Origin: Halarcobacter sp.
GTDB taxonomy: Bacteria; Campylobacterota; Campylobacteria; Campylobacterales; Arcobacteraceae
Assembly (NCBI GenBank): GCA_048571215.1
Contig: CP182352.1
Coordinates: 864,001 to 928,000 of the forward strand
Length of the DNA: 64,000 nt
Reading direction: 5' to 3'
Part shown: positions 9,921 to 20,531 of the stretch, piece after piece
Layout: every line of letters begins with the position of its first letter
Numbering within the stretch: the stretch's first letter is position 1
The notes under the pieces: generated by a model
Seen by the model: the letters and a program-made list of their open reading frames with translations, nothing else
Database searches by the model: none
What the model was told of the DNA's origin: nothing
Made by a program: the position numbers and the translations under genes

Positions 9921-11867
9921 TTAAGAGTTAAAGCTTTCTATTAACTCTTCTAGTTCTAAAAATCTCTCAACTTTTGTTTCATATACTTCTTTTATTTTAT
10001 CAAGTTCTTGTGAAACAGCTACTATCCCTTTTTGTTCATAACAAGCTGGATTTGACAAACACTCATTTATTTGTTCTATTTGTTCTTCTAGCTTTTCTAT
10101 CTCATCAGGTAACATATCATATTCTCTTTGGTCTTTATATGAAAGTTTTGTTTGTTTTTTTTCACTTATTTGAGTTTTTACCTCTTGTTGTTTTGATGAT
10201 TCGTATTCCATCTGCTCAAGCTCTTTTAACTCTTTTTCTATCTCTAAATATTCTGTATAGGGTTGAAAACTCTCTTCAACTTTACCATTACCTTTAAATA
10301 CAAATAGTTTTTTTGCGATTTTATCTACAAAATATCTATCGTGTGATACAAATACAAGTGCACCTTGAAAATTTTGTAAATACTCTTCTAAAATATTAAT
10401 AGTAGGAATATCCAAGTCATTTGTAGGCTCATCAAGTATCAAACAATCAACTTTTTTGGTAAATAATAAGGCTAGGGCAACCCTGTTTTTTTCTCCTCCA
10501 CTTAGCAGACCTATTTTTTTATCTAGGTATTCCCTTGGAAAAAGGAAGTTTTTGAGGTAACCAAATACATGCATATTTCTTCCATCATCAAGTTCAACTC
10601 TATCTCCCCCATTTGGACAAAAAGTTTCCATTAGATTTTTGGAGTCATCTAACATCTCTCTTTGTTGGTCAAAATAACCTATATTGAAATCACCTTTTTT
10701 AAATCTTCCTTTATCTATATGAAGTTTTTCCATAAAGATTTTAAGCATTGTAGATTTACCACTACCATTTGGTCCCACTATTGCTATAGTGTCTTTTTGT
10801 AAAATTCTTGTGGTAAAGTCTTTTATAAGCTCTTTATTTCCCAAACTCATATAAACATTGTCTAGTTCGTAAAGCATCTTTTTTTTATTTTTTTGTTTCT
10901 CTTCATTGTTGAAAGCTTTTTGTTCCCTTTGTAGTTCTAAACTCATCTTTCTAATTACAGCTGGATTTGATTTTGCTTGTTTCTTTAAATCAAAGTATTC
11001 TGACTTTCTTCTTTCATTTCTTTTTCTTCTTGCAGTTACACCTCTTTGCATCCAATGAGCTTCTCTTTTTACAAGTCTTATAAGATTTTCATGGTCCTTT
11101 TGCATATTTTCTAAAAGCTGTTGTTTTTGTTCTAGATATGAAGAGTATCCACCATTAAACTTTCGCAACTCACCACCATCTATTTCTACAACACTAGTGG
11201 CAATATTATCTATAAAATATCTATCATGTGAAATAAAAAGTAGGGTGAAATTGTTTTTTTGAAGTAAAGATTCCAAAAACTCAACCATATATACATCAAG
11301 GTGGTTTGTAGGTTCATCTAAAAGTAAAATATCAGGTTTTTTTAGAAGTAGTCCAGCTAAACTAACCCTTCTTTGTTCTCCACCACTTAAGAGGTTTACA
11401 TCTTTGTTTTCATACTCTTTAAGTCTAAACTCTTTTAATACTCTTTCAATCATATTATCCAAGTCCCAAGCATCGTGAAAGTCGATGAAAGTAGCTAGTT
11501 GACTTTGTCTTTTCAATAACTCTTGATTTTCATAATCTTTTGCTAAATCATTTGTTATTTTATCGTATTCAAGTTTTGCCTCTTTTAATTCTGCAAGTTG
11601 ATTTTCTATTGCTTCTTTAACTGTAAGGTTAGTTTTGAATTTTGGTTGTTGGTCTAACATCTCTATTTTTATAGATTTGTCAATAGCCATTATTCCACTA
11701 TCAGGTTCAACTAAACCCATTATTAATTTAAATAAAGTAGATTTACCTTGACCATTTTGTCCAATAACTGCTATTTTTTGACCTTGAAGAAGTGTAAAGT
11801 TTACATCTTTTAATAAAATTTTTGTATCGTATTGTTTAGAGATGTTTTGTAAGTCTATTAATGCCAT
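9921..11867 (-). CDS. ABC-F family ATP-binding protein (Uup-like)
   Basis: Two ABC cassettes (GQNGQGKST/LSGGE/DEPTN and GPNGSGKST/LSGGE/DEPTND), no TM segments, C-terminal KLSYKDQRE coiled coil. Confidence 0.92.
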   Translation of the reverse strand: MALIDLQNISKQYDTKILLKDVNFTLLQGQKIAVIGQNGQGKSTLFKLIMGLVEPDSGIMAIDKSIKIEMLDQQPKFKTNLTVKEAIENQLAELKEAKLEYDKITNDLAKDYENQELLKRQSQLATFIDFHDAWDLDNMIERVLKEFRLKEYENKDVNLLSGGEQRRVSLAGLLLKKPDILLLDEPTNHLDVYMVEFLESLLQKNNFTLLFISHDRYFIDNIATSVVEIDGGELRKFNGGYSSYLEQKQQLLENMQKDHENLIRLVKREAHWMQRGVTARRKRNERRKSEYFDLKKQAKSNPAVIRKMSLELQREQKAFNNEEKQKNKKKMLYELDNVYMSLGNKELIKDFTTRILQKDTIAIVGPNGSGKSTMLKIFMEKLHIDKGRFKKGDFNIGYFDQQREMLDDSKNLMETFCPNGGDRVELDDGRNMHVFGYLKNFLFPREYLDKKIGLLSGGEKNRVALALLFTKKVDCLILDEPTNDLDIPTINILEEYLQNFQGALVFVSHDRYFVDKIAKKLFVFKGNGKVEESFQPYTEYLEIEKELKELEQMEYESSKQQEVKTQISEKKQTKLSYKDQREYDMLPDEIEKLEEQIEQINECLSNPACYEQKGIVAVSQELDKIKEVYETKVERFLELEELIESFNS

Positions 11868-12047
11868 AAAAACCTTATTTTGTTTAATTATCTAATACTT
11901 ATTATAACATATAAACTCTTAGAGGATAATCTTAATAACTTTATTACTTATTTATAATTAATTTGTAACTAATTGCAATTAAATAACAAATTTATAGAAA
12001 AATTAATAAAAACTTAACTCCATCTTAGTTAATATTATTAATTAGGA

Positions 12048-14603
12048 GTGAAAATGAGAGTTTTATTATTTATATTATTATTTGCAACATTTGTTTTTGC
12101 AGAAATTGCAAAAATTTCAACTATAGTTGGTGATGCAATGATACAAAGGGGAACTAAAGAGTTTAAGGTGAATTTGGGGACACTTTTAGAAAAAAATGAC
12201 ATAATTACAACAAAAAGCAATTCCAAGCTTCAAATTATATTTAATGATAATACAATTGTTACAGTTGGAAAAAGTTCTAAGTTTAATATAAATGATTATA
12301 TCTTTGATGAAAAAACACCACAAAATTCTAAAACAGATTTTCAACTTTTAAAGGGTACTTTTAGAGTAATCACGGGAAAAATTGGAAAAATTAATAGGGA
12401 TAAATTTAAATTAAAAGTTAAAAGTGCAACTATTGGTATTCGTGGTACAAACTTTATTGTACGATTGGAACGACAAGGTTTTTATGTAACAGTTACGGAT
12501 GGTGGGGTTTATATTACTCATCCAGATGCACCAGGTGAAAAAGTTTTAGTAGATAAAAATGAAACAGCTAAAGTTGTTGATGGAAAAATAGAAGTTTATA
12601 AAATAACTATAAAAGAAAAAAAAGATGAAGAGTCATCATTAGAGATAGAAGATGAAGATTCAAATTATGAAGATAGTTCTATTAAAGATTTATCTGATGA
12701 AAATGTTAACAAGAATATATCAACAACTAACACTACAAATAGTAGTGAAAAATCAACAATTGATACAGCTACAGATGTAACTGAAGAAACTGATAAAGAG
12801 ATTAATGCAAGTTCAAATATAAGTTTAAATGGAAAAATACTTGGTGCTTATATTGATGATTCATTGAGTGAACAACGAGCTTTTATTAGAAAAGAACAAG
12901 GTAATGCACTTAAAGCTACTAGAGTTAATGATAAACTTACAATTGATGATAAGATATCAAAAAAATATGAACAAAGTAATAGTAATCATATAGTAAACTT
13001 TACTGGAAATAGTTCAAATGCTGAACCATATGATACAGATAATTATACAGGAAGCTTAAGTGTAGGAACTTTCCCATTATCATATGAATATGAAAGTTAC
13101 TTAGGAAATAGTCAGTCAGTTAATAGTGAATATAATCTTCAAGCAGATAACTTAGGTGAATTTTTTATAGCGTATAAAGATAATGGAGGTTTTAAAGAGT
13201 TGTTTGTAGTTGGAAAAGATTCAACAACATCATCTTTTGATACTTCAAAAATATATTCTTATGATTCTTTTTCAGAGATAAAAGTTATAAAAGATAGTAA
13301 CTATAATATTAACTCTGTGGATATTATTTCAGATAAAACTGGAACACAATATTATAATCCATTGTATGATTCTTTTACTAATTTAAATTATAATTTTTAT
13401 GAAAAAGGTGCACAAGAGTTTACTTTTGGAGATAGCAATTCTGCCAATACTTATAGGAATAAATACATATATAGTACTTCAAGTGTATCAGGTAGTCAAA
13501 TTTTTTTAACTAATAAAGCTAGAATAGAAACAGCATCTTCAACAGCTGATATTTCTATTAAAGGTTCTAAATCACAAGGTTTGATGTATAGTATATCTAC
13601 AAATAATAGAGATACAAATTATTCTACAAATTCAACATCAACATCAACGATAGAGACTCTAGGGGGTTCTTATTTAGATAACAATGATTCTGTAACTGCA
13701 AACAATAGTACTACAAACTTACAATATAGTGGTTATTTAGTTGGGGAGATACATGGCAAAGATAATAAAAGAGAAACAAGTAATAACTTACAATTAAATA
13801 TAGAAAAAAATAGCACAGATAAAACTGTTAATATTTCAGCTAGTGGAACAATACTTGGTAATAGTGGTGTAGATTTAGCATTAGAGGGGAATTTAGGTAA
13901 TAAATCTGCATATTATATAAATGATGATTTATTTGGTGTAATGGGAAGTGAATCTATTTATAAGATTAGTTCTACTGATTATAACTCAGTAGATAATAGT
14001 GCTTATTTACTTGCAGTTCCAGATGGAGGATTTGATCTCAATGACAATCCACTTATGCTTGATGATGAGAGTTCCTGGGGATATTGGACTGCTAAGTTTG
14101 ATGATTCAAATGGAGGAGATATAACTTTTGTTGATACAAGTTCAACTTGGGTTGCTGGTGTTGAAACAGCTAGTTCTATAGTTGATAGTACTATGTTAAA
14201 TATTCCAGGAACATATGACTATAAAGGTCATGTTTTAGGAAATGTATTAACAGCTTCTGGAAATATAGGAAATATTATATATGGTAAATATAATGGGCTA
14301 GCATATACAAATAAAGTCAATTTAAGATTTGATATTGGTTCAGCAGTTAAAAATCTTACTGGTAATATAGAATTTTCATCAACAAACTCTAACTCAATTG
14401 TAAGTCAATGGAATTTAAGCTTAACTGGTACAAATATAGAAAATAGTAAATTTGGTGGAACTATATCAGGAAATGGTGGAACAGGGAGCTTTGAAGGTAA
14501 ATATTATGGTACATCAAGTGTAAAAAGTGTTGGTGGAACCTTTAACGCAACAAACTCATTAGGAGATAATGCTCTAGGAGTATTTAAGGCAGTAAAACAA
14601 TGA
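12048..14603 (+). CDS. Secreted FecR-domain protein with acidic linker and C-terminal TbpB-like beta-barrel
   Basis: Signal peptide; FecR motif GTFRVITGKI...ATIGIRGT; C-terminal FEGKYYG..SVGGTF...GVFKAVKQ pattern typical of TbpB-like barrels. Confidence 0.75.
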   Translation: MKMRVLLFILLFATFVFAEIAKISTIVGDAMIQRGTKEFKVNLGTLLEKNDIITTKSNSKLQIIFNDNTIVTVGKSSKFNINDYIFDEKTPQNSKTDFQLLKGTFRVITGKIGKINRDKFKLKVKSATIGIRGTNFIVRLERQGFYVTVTDGGVYITHPDAPGEKVLVDKNETAKVVDGKIEVYKITIKEKKDEESSLEIEDEDSNYEDSSIKDLSDENVNKNISTTNTTNSSEKSTIDTATDVTEETDKEINASSNISLNGKILGAYIDDSLSEQRAFIRKEQGNALKATRVNDKLTIDDKISKKYEQSNSNHIVNFTGNSSNAEPYDTDNYTGSLSVGTFPLSYEYESYLGNSQSVNSEYNLQADNLGEFFIAYKDNGGFKELFVVGKDSTTSSFDTSKIYSYDSFSEIKVIKDSNYNINSVDIISDKTGTQYYNPLYDSFTNLNYNFYEKGAQEFTFGDSNSANTYRNKYIYSTSSVSGSQIFLTNKARIETASSTADISIKGSKSQGLMYSISTNNRDTNYSTNSTSTSTIETLGGSYLDNNDSVTANNSTTNLQYSGYLVGEIHGKDNKRETSNNLQLNIEKNSTDKTVNISASGTILGNSGVDLALEGNLGNKSAYYINDDLFGVMGSESIYKISSTDYNSVDNSAYLLAVPDGGFDLNDNPLMLDDESSWGYWTAKFDDSNGGDITFVDTSSTWVAGVETASSIVDSTMLNIPGTYDYKGHVLGNVLTASGNIGNIIYGKYNGLAYTNKVNLRFDIGSAVKNLTGNIEFSSTNSNSIVSQWNLSLTGTNIENSKFGGTISGNGGTGSFEGKYYGTSSVKSVGGTFNATNSLGDNALGVFKAVKQ

Positions 14604-15892
14604 AAAAAATAACAACAAGTTTATTATTAGCAACAACTTTATGCTTTTCAAGTGTAAGTTATGATGAGTCATTGAACTATTTTAAAAATAAAGAATATAA
14701 AAAATCTTTTGAAGGTTTTAACGAGCTTTTTAATAAAAATAGTGATGATACTCTTATCAATTTTTATTTAGGTAGAAGTGCTTTTGAATTAGGACTTTAT
14801 GAAATTGCCTTAAGTGCATATGATAGAGTTTTGATAAAAGAACCTGAAAATATTAGGGTTAGATTAGAAATAGCTCATACTAATATGAAATTAGGAAATT
14901 ATGATGAATCTATAAAAGAGTTCGAATTGGCTTTAAAATCTAATATGCCAAATCAAGTAAGAAATAGAGTTCTTCAAAATATTGAATTTATGAAACAAAA
15001 ACAACAAAAACATTTTTTTAATGTTACTACAATGTTTGGTATAATGTATGATTCAAATATAGATATAACTCCAGATGCCAACTCTTTTGATATTTATGTT
15101 CCAGCATTAAATACAACAGTTACTTTAAATAATACGAATAAAAAAGGTTCAACAATTTATCAAATGCTTGGAGCATTTAGCTATAAATATAAGTTTAATG
15201 ATAATTGGATTTTAGATAATAATTTAACTGCTTTACAAATGAAATATATAAACCATAAAGATAAAGATTTAGGTGTTATTTCTACTAGTGTTATCCCTTC
15301 TTATTATGCAAATAAATATAAAGTTGGTCTAGGATTTTTGTTTGATAAAGTACTTTTAGGTCATAAAACTTATCAAAATAATTATTACTTTAATCCTACA
15401 TACACTAGAGTTTTAGATGAAAGCATTTTGTATGAAACAGGTATAAAATATGGAAGAATAAATTATAAACAAGATGATACTAGAAGTTCAAATCTTTTAA
15501 GTATAACTAATAATATTAAATACCAAACACAAGATTATGGTTTATTTAGCTTTGATTTAAATTTAGGAAAAGAATATAAGGTAAAAAGTGGTAGAACAGA
15601 TGTTGAGTACAAGTTTGTAGAAACAGGTATTTCAAACTCTTATGATTTGATAAATGCATATACTTTAACAAGCTCTTTTAAGTATAAAAAAAGTATGTAT
15701 GAAGATACAGATATAAACTTTTTAAGCAAAAGAGATGATGATAAAATTGATTTATCATTAGGGGTTCAAAAAGCATTAAATAAAAATATGTTTATTAATT
15801 TTGGTGGAACATTTACTGATAATAACTCAAATCATGCTACATCTGACTATGATAAATATACTATAAAAACAAATCTATTTTATAGCTTTTAA
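14600..15892 (+). CDS. TPR + outer-membrane beta-barrel protein (DUF560/Slam-like)
   Basis: Signal peptide, TPRs (NFYLGRSAF, AYDRVL, RVRLEIA), alternating beta-strands and terminal Phe. ATGA overlap with the upstream gene. Confidence 0.75.
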   Translation: MKKITTSLLLATTLCFSSVSYDESLNYFKNKEYKKSFEGFNELFNKNSDDTLINFYLGRSAFELGLYEIALSAYDRVLIKEPENIRVRLEIAHTNMKLGNYDESIKEFELALKSNMPNQVRNRVLQNIEFMKQKQQKHFFNVTTMFGIMYDSNIDITPDANSFDIYVPALNTTVTLNNTNKKGSTIYQMLGAFSYKYKFNDNWILDNNLTALQMKYINHKDKDLGVISTSVIPSYYANKYKVGLGFLFDKVLLGHKTYQNNYYFNPTYTRVLDESILYETGIKYGRINYKQDDTRSSNLLSITNNIKYQTQDYGLFSFDLNLGKEYKVKSGRTDVEYKFVETGISNSYDLINAYTLTSSFKYKKSMYEDTDINFLSKRDDDKIDLSLGVQKALNKNMFINFGGTFTDNNSNHATSDYDKYTIKTNLFYSF

Positions 15893-15898
15893 TAAAAT

Positions 15899-18070
15899 TT
15901 AGCTTTTAGTATTGTGTTCATAAACCCCATCAAAATCTTTTGGTGGGGTAGAGATATACTCTTTACATCTATTGATATAAATCTTGTATATATTTTTATT
16001 TGTTTTATCTTTTAGGTTTTCAAGTTCTTCAAAAATCTTTAAAGACTCTTTAAAATTTGATATTTTATAAAGTTCTATTGCCTTATGGTGAAGTTCAAGC
16101 TCCTCTTTTAGTTTTTGTGATGGTTTACCAAAATCTACAACTTGCCAGATCTCAACTGGTTCTTTTTTACCCTTTACTCTTACTAAATCTAAAAACCTAA
16201 AAATATATTCACCACTTAATTTATCTTTTGTAAAATGTGAAATATTTAGTCTTGAATCATAATATTTACAAAGGGATTCTAGTCTTGCACCTAAATTAAT
16301 AGCATCACCTATTACTGTATAGTCACTTCTACCAATACTACCCATCTCCCCAACAATAGCAACACCAGTATTTAACCCAATGCCAATATCTATAAAAGGT
16401 TTATTCTCTTTTTGATAAGTTTCATTTAATGAATCTAATTCTTTAATTTGTATTAACGATGCACTAACAGCTTTATCTGCATGATCTTTTACCTTTATAG
16501 GAGCATTCCAGTAGGCCATAATAGCATCTCCAATGTATTTATCAATTGTTCCTTCATATTTAGTTATTATATTACTCATTGGTTCCATATATTGATTTAA
16601 ATAGCTTATTAGTTTTTTTGCATCTCCCATTTGTTCAGAGATATTTGTAAAGCCTCTCACATCACTAAAAAATACTGTTACTTCTTTTTCCATAGCTTGA
16701 AATTCATTACTATCAATATTTTTTAATAGATTATCCATAACATCTTTTGATACCTTTGAAGCAAATTTTTTCTTAATAGCCTCTTCTTTTTTTATTTCAT
16801 AAAAGTAATCCATAAGTGTTACTACTGTTGAAGATAACAATATAGAAAGAAGTGGGAAGAAGATATTAAGTATTATGCCATAGGTAAATAATATCTTATA
16901 TAACAATATTATTACTGCAGATAATAAGCTTAATGTAATTATTGGGTTAAGCCAAAAAGGTGAATAGGTGATTAATAATATAGTTAGTATTGAAAGTGCA
17001 AAAATCAATATTAAGTTAATTGCATCATTTGAAGAGTTTTTTGATATAAAATCTCCTTGAATTATATTATCAATAACATTTGCATGTATTTCAACACCAG
17101 GATAAGCCGATTGAAATGGTGTTGACCTTAAGTCCATAAGACCAGCGGCTGATGTACCTATAAGTGCAATTTTCCCATCTAATTCTTTTGGAGATATTTT
17201 ATCATTTAATATATCTTTTGCAGAGATATATTTAAAGTTTCGCTCTTTTCCTCTAAAGTTTACTAAAATTCTACCATGCCTATCTGTTGGTATGGTTATT
17301 TGATTTAAACTAATATTTTCTACACCATTTTCATTATAATTTATAATTACTTTTTGACTTTGTGTAATCACTCTTATAACCTCTAAAGATAAAGAGGGAT
17401 AAATACTATCATCATAAGATATGACTAAAGGAACACTTCTAATTACACCTGATTTATCAGGTACAGTATTAAAAAAACCACTACTATAAGAGTTGTCTTG
17501 AATCTCTGGTACATTAAGTATTGTACCCCTTGCATTTAGAAGATAATCTTTGCCTAAGTTTTTATTTTTTTCTATAAAAATTGCAGGTATTTGAGGTGCT
17601 TTTTTATTTATATATTCATTATTATTAAATTCAAAAACATAACCTAATATTGTTGGAGTATTTGCAACTGTTTTTCCCAAAAGTTTGTCATAATTTGGTG
17701 GATTTTCATATTTGATATTGTATTTTTTAAACACTCTGTGGGGAGAACTTTTATCAGGTTCTGCAAAAACCATATCAAATGCAATTAAACCAATCCCATT
17801 TAAAGTTAATTTTTCTAAAAGTTCGGCTACTTTTGTTCTTGACCAAGGCCATTGACCAATCTCTTTTAATGAAGATTCATCAATATCAATTATAATTACA
17901 GAATTAGAGTTTGGCAATTCCCCTCTAATATTAAAAAAATAATCTCTTAGTCTATTATCAAAAGAATCAGGTAATTGTGAATAGTTTATATATATAAAAG
18001 ATAAGGTAAAAGATAGAATTATACCTATACCTAGTGATATAAAAATTTTTTTTATTGTTCTTTTATTCAT
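15899..18070 (-). CDS. CHASE2-domain class III adenylate cyclase
   Basis: CHASE2 motifs IDIDESSL..GQWPWSR and PGVEIHA; TM helices; catalytic FSDVRGFT, DKYIGDA and YTVIGDAINLGARLE with K/T ATP-specifying residues. Confidence 0.92.
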   Translation of the reverse strand: MNKRTIKKIFISLGIGIILSFTLSFIYINYSQLPDSFDNRLRDYFFNIRGELPNSNSVIIIDIDESSLKEIGQWPWSRTKVAELLEKLTLNGIGLIAFDMVFAEPDKSSPHRVFKKYNIKYENPPNYDKLLGKTVANTPTILGYVFEFNNNEYINKKAPQIPAIFIEKNKNLGKDYLLNARGTILNVPEIQDNSYSSGFFNTVPDKSGVIRSVPLVISYDDSIYPSLSLEVIRVITQSQKVIINYNENGVENISLNQITIPTDRHGRILVNFRGKERNFKYISAKDILNDKISPKELDGKIALIGTSAAGLMDLRSTPFQSAYPGVEIHANVIDNIIQGDFISKNSSNDAINLILIFALSILTILLITYSPFWLNPIITLSLLSAVIILLYKILFTYGIILNIFFPLLSILLSSTVVTLMDYFYEIKKEEAIKKKFASKVSKDVMDNLLKNIDSNEFQAMEKEVTVFFSDVRGFTNISEQMGDAKKLISYLNQYMEPMSNIITKYEGTIDKYIGDAIMAYWNAPIKVKDHADKAVSASLIQIKELDSLNETYQKENKPFIDIGIGLNTGVAIVGEMGSIGRSDYTVIGDAINLGARLESLCKYYDSRLNISHFTKDKLSGEYIFRFLDLVRVKGKKEPVEIWQVVDFGKPSQKLKEELELHHKAIELYKISNFKESLKIFEELENLKDKTNKNIYKIYINRCKEYISTPPKDFDGVYEHNTKS

Positions 18071-20421
18071 CAGAAAAATAGTTTTGTTTTATCAAGTTGC
18101 TTTTCGCGAAGTTCTTCATTAACATATTTTTTTAACTCTTTACTATCATGGAAAAATTTAAGTAATTGACCGTCAATTTCTCCATCATTTACCATAAAAG
18201 ATAATATTTTAAAGACTTCTGATAATTTTTTGCCATCTTTATATGGTCTATCATTGGCTGTAAGTGCTTCAAAAATATCGGCCAAGTTCATTATTCTATC
18301 TTCTAGTGTTAAATCTTTGGCTTTTAGAGCTCTTGGATAACCTTTTCCATTTAGTTTTTCATGGTGATTTACTGCTATATCTAAAACTTTATTATATTTT
18401 TTGGGAAAGGGTAGAGTTTTTAACATATCAAGAGTTAGTTGAGCATGATTGTTCATTATTTCTTTTTCTTCTTCAGTTAGTGTACCTTTTTTTACAGACA
18501 GATTATAAATCTCATTTTCATTTAATATAGGCATGTTTTTGTTATTTTTGATATAAGTTTGTTTAGAGATCTCTTCAACTCTTTTTATATCTTTATCATC
18601 CATAAATTCAGCACCAATATTGGCTGATTCTAGAAACTTTAAATCATCATTTAATTTAGAAATAGAAAATTCAAATTGCTCTTTTGAAATAAGGTTTTTC
18701 AAATACTCAATCTCTTTATCTCTTTTTATTATCTCAAATCTCTCTTTTACAAGTTCAATTCTATCTATCATACTTTCTAATTTTGTAGATTTATCTATTA
18801 CAGATTCGGGCATTGAAATTTTCCCTATATCATGCATCCATGCAGCTAGTTCTATTTGTCTAAAGTCATTTTTACTATAATTAATATCTTTATAAAGAGT
18901 TTTATCTTTGTGAATAGCCATGGCAAGATAGTTAGCAATTTTCGCAACTTTAGCAATATGTTTTCTGGTATGTTTTGATTTTGCATCTATAGCATGGGCA
19001 ATTGTTGCAACAAAAGAGTTTAAAAATTCTTCTAAATTATTTAATAAATAACTATTTGTTAGAGTCATAGCAGCTTGACTAGCTAGTGATTTAAGTGTTC
19101 TTTCATCTTCTTCGCTAAAAGAGATTATATATTTTGACACCTTTGTTTTATTTATTAGTTGTAATACTCCTATTACATCTTTTTCATGATTTACTAAAGG
19201 TACGACTAACATAGATTTTGACCTATAACCTGTCGATTTGTCAAATTTTTTTGTACCATTAAAATTATAGTTCTTTTCATCATAAACATCAGGAATATTT
19301 ATAATTCTATTTTCTAATGCTGATGTAACTGCAACCATGTTTTTATTTTCACTACCATCTTTTAAGTATAGTGGTAGTGAATCCCACGTAAGATTATCTT
19401 TTGTACCACCCATTTCAATATCTAAAACAGTATTTTGGACAACTTTAAAATCTAAATATTTTTTATCTTTTGAAACAATATACAAAGTACCAGCTTCACA
19501 GTGAGTAAGCTCTCTTGTAAGGGTTAAAATCATTTCAAAAAGTCTATTTTTATCAAGTTCACTAGATAATTCTATATTTATATCCATGATTCTTTCAAAC
19601 TTGTTGTGACTTATGGTATCCTCTTCAATCTCTCCCGTATCCATATGGATAACATCACCTTGTTCAAGGATTTTCCCACCATTTGAAAGTATATTTAGTT
19701 TTTGTATATCTTTTTTCATCTCTTCATAATAAGAAGTTTTTAGATGATAAATAAAAATTTGTAAGTCATCTCTTTTTAGATAAGTATCAATCTCATTTTT
19801 TAAAATTTCAGGAGTAAAATGTTTGCTAGTTTGTGCAAGTTTATTTTGATATGAGGGGAAGGAACACTCTACGAGTAATGACTTAATCTCATTATTATTG
19901 TTTATCAAGTCCCATAAGTCAGGATTTTTATATGTATCTCCACTTATTATATAACCATTTTTAAAATCTTTTATAATCAAAAAACCTAAAGAACCTTCTA
20001 TATGATTTGCTGAGATTGCTGTTATACAAAAAGGATCTATTTGTACTGTTTCATTTTCTTCTATAACTTTAAAAATTAAGGCTTTTTTATCTGAATCTAT
20101 AAGATTTATTTTTGAAAAATCAGGCCAAATTTTATCATTGAAAGTGTGTTTTTTTAAAGATTCAATTGTTGGTTTTGAACCATATATAATTAAAGGTACT
20201 TTTCTTTGTTCATAAAAACTTTCAATAATAAATGGCAAATCATTAATATGGTCAGAGTGAGAGTGAGTTAAAAAAATATGATTTATATCAAAAGTTTTGT
20301 CACCTAAAGTGTTTATTACATTTCCAGCATCGATTAAGATATCTTTATAAATTTGAAATGAGGTAGTACCTGTAAGTTTAGTTTTGTTTCCACTAGCCCC
20401 TAAAACTTTTAAATAATTCAT
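18070..20421 (-). CDS. MBL-fold class II cAMP phosphodiesterase-like + GAF + HD-GYP fusion
   Basis: FLTHSHSDHI; GAF motifs FDKSTGYRSKSML and GVLQLINK; HDIGK, HHEKLNGKGYP and ADIFEALT. Confidence 0.88.
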   Translation of the reverse strand: MNYLKVLGASGNKTKLTGTTSFQIYKDILIDAGNVINTLGDKTFDINHIFLTHSHSDHINDLPFIIESFYEQRKVPLIIYGSKPTIESLKKHTFNDKIWPDFSKINLIDSDKKALIFKVIEENETVQIDPFCITAISANHIEGSLGFLIIKDFKNGYIISGDTYKNPDLWDLINNNNEIKSLLVECSFPSYQNKLAQTSKHFTPEILKNEIDTYLKRDDLQIFIYHLKTSYYEEMKKDIQKLNILSNGGKILEQGDVIHMDTGEIEEDTISHNKFERIMDINIELSSELDKNRLFEMILTLTRELTHCEAGTLYIVSKDKKYLDFKVVQNTVLDIEMGGTKDNLTWDSLPLYLKDGSENKNMVAVTSALENRIINIPDVYDEKNYNFNGTKKFDKSTGYRSKSMLVVPLVNHEKDVIGVLQLINKTKVSKYIISFSEEDERTLKSLASQAAMTLTNSYLLNNLEEFLNSFVATIAHAIDAKSKHTRKHIAKVAKIANYLAMAIHKDKTLYKDINYSKNDFRQIELAAWMHDIGKISMPESVIDKSTKLESMIDRIELVKERFEIIKRDKEIEYLKNLISKEQFEFSISKLNDDLKFLESANIGAEFMDDKDIKRVEEISKQTYIKNNKNMPILNENEIYNLSVKKGTLTEEEKEIMNNHAQLTLDMLKTLPFPKKYNKVLDIAVNHHEKLNGKGYPRALKAKDLTLEDRIMNLADIFEALTANDRPYKDGKKLSEVFKILSFMVNDGEIDGQLLKFFHDSKELKKYVNEELREKQLDKTKLFF

Positions 20422-20531
20422 TTAATTTCCTATAAAAGTTACAATTTAATTACAATAATTATATAATTTAATTACAACTTTAGCATAATTTTTATTAAAG
20501 TAGTTATTTGTAAAATAGGATTTATTAATTT

